Origin: Candidatus Hydrogenedentota bacterium
Lineage (GTDB): Bacteria > Hydrogenedentota > Hydrogenedentia > Hydrogenedentales > JAEUWI01
Direction: 5' to 3'
Assembly (NCBI GenBank): GCA_034669905.1
Contig: JAXMOL010000019.1
Location: 71,158-135,157, forward strand
Length of the DNA stretch: 64,000 nt
Positions 60,439-64,000 of this stretch are shown here, piece by piece; the stretch's first letter is position 1, and every line of letters starts with the position of its first letter. The notes under the pieces are model-generated. The model saw only the letters and a list, made by a program, of their open reading frames with translations. It was not told the origin of the DNA and searched no databases. The translations under genes were made by a program, and so were the position numbers.

Positions 60439-62682
60439 TTAGCTCGCCTCAGTAACGGCTTGCTCACCATCTACTGGCTCTACGGGCTCCCTCATCATCA
60501 TTCGATAGTGCTCAATGTGATTCGTAACTTCAAATATTCGCTTGAATATGTCAAGGAACTTTTCGACTTGCTGCTCGTCAATTGAAATATATAAGTCATC
60601 ACCTGCGAAATGAGATCCATCGTTAACCCAACTCAAGAGGGAGTTACATACCTGCTTTTCCTTCCCTTTAAAGTACGTCAAGATTTGGTCAAGGGGAATA
60701 CCACCGAGTATTTTGAAGTAGTTCTCAAGAATCCTTCTCAAAGTATTCTGTATGGATAGGTTATTTCTATCTGGAGTTCTGACCTCCACCCAAAGCAGCT
60801 CATATGACGTCTGTATCGGATTCTGGTCGAAAGACTGGACTGTCGAGACCTGTGCGGGTCTCCTAACCATCCAGAACGTCTCGTCGTTGCGTTTACGGCC
60901 GGCGGTACGATCCTTATTGAAAGTCACTTCTTTGTGGAAATACACGTTGTGGGTCAGAATAAACACCTGTTTAATGGTTCCGCTTCCGTCTCGAACCTCG
61001 TCCAAAACGCCCTTGATGAGCGAACTCACAACAAAGAGAATATCGCTGTCTAGGCTAGATACTGGATCGTCAAAAACCACCACGCGATCATTCGTCATTC
61101 CACTTTCCGAATCGCTACCTTTTAGTAAGTAGTAGAAGTAGAGGAAGGTTATGAATGTACGCTCCCCTTCGCTCAACGTCTCCTTTGCATCGGTTCCGTC
61201 ACCCCGACATATTCTGTAGAGATTACCCTCTTCGGATTTCGTTAGGGAAAAGCTGGAAAATCCAAATGAACGAAGCAATGAATTTATACCATCTATCGTG
61301 GGTTGTATGCTCGTGATACTCTTCTCCAACTCCTCAAGTTCCCCTTGCTTAACGCGACTTTCCTTGTTTTTCTGCGCGATTAGCCCATCAATCTTTGCTA
61401 TGGCCTTCTTAATGCCATCGCAATCCGATACGAAAGCGGAAATTAAGGACGATGCCTCATGTACTAGATACTTCCACACTTGAGAAGTCAGTGTCTTCTG
61501 TTCTTTAACCCGATTCGCGATTAGATCATTGTGTTTCCGCGACTCCGAGTTCGCCGATTCGATTTCCGAGAGCACGTTTGCCGCAATCTCGCCGAGTGGT
61601 TTCAAATCAACTACTCTGCTCGATTCGGAACGTTTGTTTTCGAGATGCTTAAGATTCAGCTGTAGACAAGATTTCAATGCCTCATAGGCGACCGACACGT
61701 TCTCTGTTTTTACATATTTTGACGGATGACTTAAGATGTCGCCCACTATGGATTGAATTTCATCTGCAGCGTTCTCGTAATCTGAGCAAAGCTTTTCAAT
61801 CGCCTCCGTATCCGCGATGAAAGTTTCATCAAAATACTTTTCCAGTTCGTCCGCAAACTTCTTATCTGTATCCTGCTGACAGAACGGGCAGGTGCCATCA
61901 TTTTTCTCGAAGTACTCGCGCCCTCGTTTGACCCAGTCACTGTTTTCAAGTTTCTTTATCATATGAGCAATGTCAACATCGGATTTCCCGACGACTTTCT
62001 TTTTAAGTACAGGAGAGTTCTCCAGAGAAAGCAGCAATGAGAAATCCGGAACTGGATGGATAGGCTCGGATTCTGAGTCCTCCGAAAACACCGAAGCAGC
62101 TTTCACTTCCAATTCACTCAAAGAGAGTAGAGCTGCCGAATTCTCTTCAGACTGTAGGAGAAGTCGTTTCATAAAGTCTTTTTTCTTGGCGCGCACCCCC
62201 TGGAAAGCACATTGAAACTTCTCATCGTATTTCTGTTTAATGGACCAACAGCGTTCTTCGAATCGAGTCTCCAACTCCCTGAGCTCTCCCAACTTCCCGC
62301 CGCTTCCGTCCTCGCCTCCCTGCGAGCGCCTGAGCCCATCTATCTTTTTTGCAATCTCGTCTAAATCTTTCTTGGCAGCATCTATCTTTTCAAGGGTTTC
62401 TTTGCTCTGTTCGCCGAGTGTAAAAATTCCTTTGAGCTGGTCCGATTGACTAAAATTGCGCTCGACAAAATCTCGATTATAGACTAGCGTTTCTAAACGT
62501 CGATTTTCTGCCCATAACACCCGACACGATGGAAAGTCATCTTCGCTTGCAATGATTCTGGAAATGGTGGTTTTTCCTGTCCCATTTGCACCATAAATGT
62601 AATTAAATTGGGACAATGAGCTCATTGAAACCGCTGGTGACCCAAAGCTAGCTACATCCTCAATACGTATTTGCTTAATCAT
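60439..62682 (-). CDS. RloC-like AAA_13 ABC-ATPase with zinc hook and C-terminal HEPN-like domain
   Basis: GANGTGKTT, CPFCQQ between coiled coils, LSEGER, FDDPVSSLD, LTHN, NTLRRILENYF, NDGSH; AT-richer than flanks. Confidence 0.85.
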   Translation of the reverse strand: MIKQIRIEDVASFGSPAVSMSSLSQFNYIYGANGTGKTTISRIIASEDDFPSCRVLWAENRRLETLVYNRDFVERNFSQSDQLKGIFTLGEQSKETLEKIDAAKKDLDEIAKKIDGLRRSQGGEDGSGGKLGELRELETRFEERCWSIKQKYDEKFQCAFQGVRAKKKDFMKRLLLQSEENSAALLSLSELEVKAASVFSEDSESEPIHPVPDFSLLLSLENSPVLKKKVVGKSDVDIAHMIKKLENSDWVKRGREYFEKNDGTCPFCQQDTDKKFADELEKYFDETFIADTEAIEKLCSDYENAADEIQSIVGDILSHPSKYVKTENVSVAYEALKSCLQLNLKHLENKRSESSRVVDLKPLGEIAANVLSEIESANSESRKHNDLIANRVKEQKTLTSQVWKYLVHEASSLISAFVSDCDGIKKAIAKIDGLIAQKNKESRVKQGELEELEKSITSIQPTIDGINSLLRSFGFSSFSLTKSEEGNLYRICRGDGTDAKETLSEGERTFITFLYFYYLLKGSDSESGMTNDRVVVFDDPVSSLDSDILFVVSSLIKGVLDEVRDGSGTIKQVFILTHNVYFHKEVTFNKDRTAGRKRNDETFWMVRRPAQVSTVQSFDQNPIQTSYELLWVEVRTPDRNNLSIQNTLRRILENYFKILGGIPLDQILTYFKGKEKQVCNSLLSWVNDGSHFAGDDLYISIDEQQVEKFLDIFKRIFEVTNHIEHYRMMMREPVEPVDGEQAVTEAS

Positions 62683-62874
62683 CTGCTCCCCTTTTGACCA
62701 AGTGTCCTTAGTTTGCCCGAATTCTTCCAGTCATCATCGTATCGAGTAGAACGGAAAATAACTCTTTCAATCGCTCTTGTCTTCTGCGCGCAATCTCTTT
62801 CGCCCATACCCCGTTATTTTGGCCCCAACCCCTTTCGGAGAAAACACGAAAACTCTAACAAATGTAGCCAACCC

Positions 62875-63012
62875 ATGGTCCTGGCGCACGTACAGATTAT
62901 CCAATCCCTCGGCGAGGCGATGTCGTGGTTCGAACGAGAGCTGGGCTGGGGCGTGTCCCCGACGGAATTGCGACACCTGAGCGGCCGCATCGGGGAGCTC
63001 TATGCCGCCCTC
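62875..63012 (+). pseudogene. Truncated DUF6998-like gene N-terminus
   Basis: QIIQSLGEAMSWFERELGWG..ELRHLSGRIGELYAA, which runs into a REP half-element. Confidence 0.5.
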
Positions 63013-63098
63013 TTTGCAAGCGCTGCTTGCTTGAAGGGCGTATCGGAGCAGAGCTCCAGCAGATGCATTCCCAAGCAGAGCTTGGGAACGAGGATAAC

Positions 63099-63152
63099 AT
63101 CCCGAACTATTCAAGAATAGACTACCTACACCGATGTGGCGACAACTGCTAC
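63099..63152 (+). pseudogene. Internal fragment of a second Nmad2 gene
   Basis: IPNYSRIDYLHRCGDNCY versus IPDHTRLDYVQRCGDNCY in 55673-56314. Confidence 0.75.
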
Positions 63153-63200
63153 CCGCCGCAATTCCCAACCGCGCTCCTAGAGAAGGCGGCACGAACTCCC
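63148..63200 (-). pseudogene. HicA toxin remnant
   Basis: REF/CRLL*ERGWELRRVA with frameshift and in-frame TAG, directly after hicB. Confidence 0.55.
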
Positions 63201-63362
63201 TTATAACTCGAGGTCAACGGAAAGACACCCTTCAATCGCTTCGTGGAGATTCTCCATCAGTTCGTCCATGGTATCCCCCTGCGTGGCGCAGCCCGCAATC
63301 GCGGGCACTTCGGCCCAATAGCCGCCTTCTTCGGCTTCGTGAATTACTACCTTGAGTTTCAT
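63201..63362 (-). CDS. hicB: HicB-family antitoxin, 53 aa, probably C-terminally truncated (below the ORF-track size cutoff)
   Basis: Hand translation MKLKVVIHEAEEGGYWAEVPAIAGCATQGDTMDELMENLHEAIEGCLSVDLEL. Confidence 0.88.
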   Translation of the reverse strand: MKLKVVIHEAEEGGYWAEVPAIAGCATQGDTMDELMENLHEAIEGCLSVDLEL

Positions 63363-63462
63363 AAACCTATCCTCCGGGTCGTCTCGCTTCTCGCGAGGAT
63401 CCCTACCGCGCTTTCTGTGTCAGTGTAGCATAGCAAAGTCGCGTCCTTTCTGAGCGTCCTCT

Positions 63463-63815
63463 TTTGCGCCGTTGGCGCTGTGCCGGCGGGCCGCCCACCA
63501 CGGCGCGTCCAAGTCCCTTACAGACACGAGGAACGAGTGGCTTTACGGGTGTCTTGAGACCCTACACCCGTAAGCTCCCCCGCTGCGCTCCTCCGCGTAA
63601 GGGTGGCACCCCCATAGGATATTGGATTTCATACGCCATCCTCTGTGTCGTATGAGGCACAGAGATGAACCGATTGATTTGACCAGGACAGGGAGCATCG
63701 CTATCTCCACCAGATGTGTGCACTTGCCCTTGCCGGAAATATCCCAGCCGAACTCTGATAATGACCCATTTGCGCCGTTGGCGCTATGCCGGCGGGCCGC
63801 CCACCACGGCGCGTC
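63463..63815 (+). repeat. Two 47-nt direct repeats (63463-63509, 63769-63815)
   Basis: TTTGCGCCGTTGGCGCT(G/A)TGCCGGCGGGCCGCCCACCACGGCGCGTC, one mismatch. Confidence 0.85.
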
Positions 63816-64000
63816 TCCGACCGGCGCTCCATAGCGATCAGCACTTCGGTTAGAATTCACGGTAGAGCTGTTTGGGTTATGTTTCATAAGTTCTGCAAAA
63901 AAGGACATGATGTTTCTGGTCCAATACAACCGGGGCGGTAGGCCCCAGAAGGAAACATCATGTCCAAACAAGATAGTAGCAAGTTGTCAGTGGATTGGAA

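Noticed and set aside
62810..62870. FGPNPF as an Nmad2 N-terminal remnant
   Set aside because: Match to FAPNPF is too short and the flanks do not align
54117..64000. Possible integron cassette array
   Set aside because: No integrase, no RYYYAAC...GTTRRRY attC sites seen after the genes, and mixed orientations

Overview
GC-rich bacterial chromosomal window. The style of the pilin-like protein and the LSGCP lipoprotein suggests Candidatus Hydrogenedentes or a PVC-like lineage, which is an inference. The first ~54 kb is mostly housekeeping: fmt-rsmB-PASTA-rpe, a D,D-carboxypeptidase, a hybrid kinase, rnhA, a sugar ABC pair without its ATPase, cysK-metY-metX/metW, an ABC-F, pilMNOPQ, an FMN-riboswitch-controlled ribD-ribE-ribBA-ribH-nusB operon, a TPR-AAA pair, prfC, and GH31 and GH78 hydrolases. 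The last ~10 kb is a decaying defence-type region full of REP-like repeats, with a YhcG nuclease, Nmad2, an RloC-like ATPase, and hsdR, DUF6998, Nmad2 and hicBA remnants. Best candidates for something new: (1) a DUF2946/CruR-like CxxC + RGPP arrest-peptide uORF whose stop region is a perfect 9-nt complement of the RBS of a His/Met-rich pilin-like gene; (2) a SAM-I-like leader with altered ligand-contact positions in front of cysK; (3) a pilus-adjacent trio of a CxxxCxxC-less radical-SAM/SPASM protein, a core-less Nif11 leader protein and a Zn-ribbon-MshEN-HDOD protein; (4) a membrane-anchored coiled-coil built from twelve 77-aa repeats. All family calls are by motif recognition, not database search.
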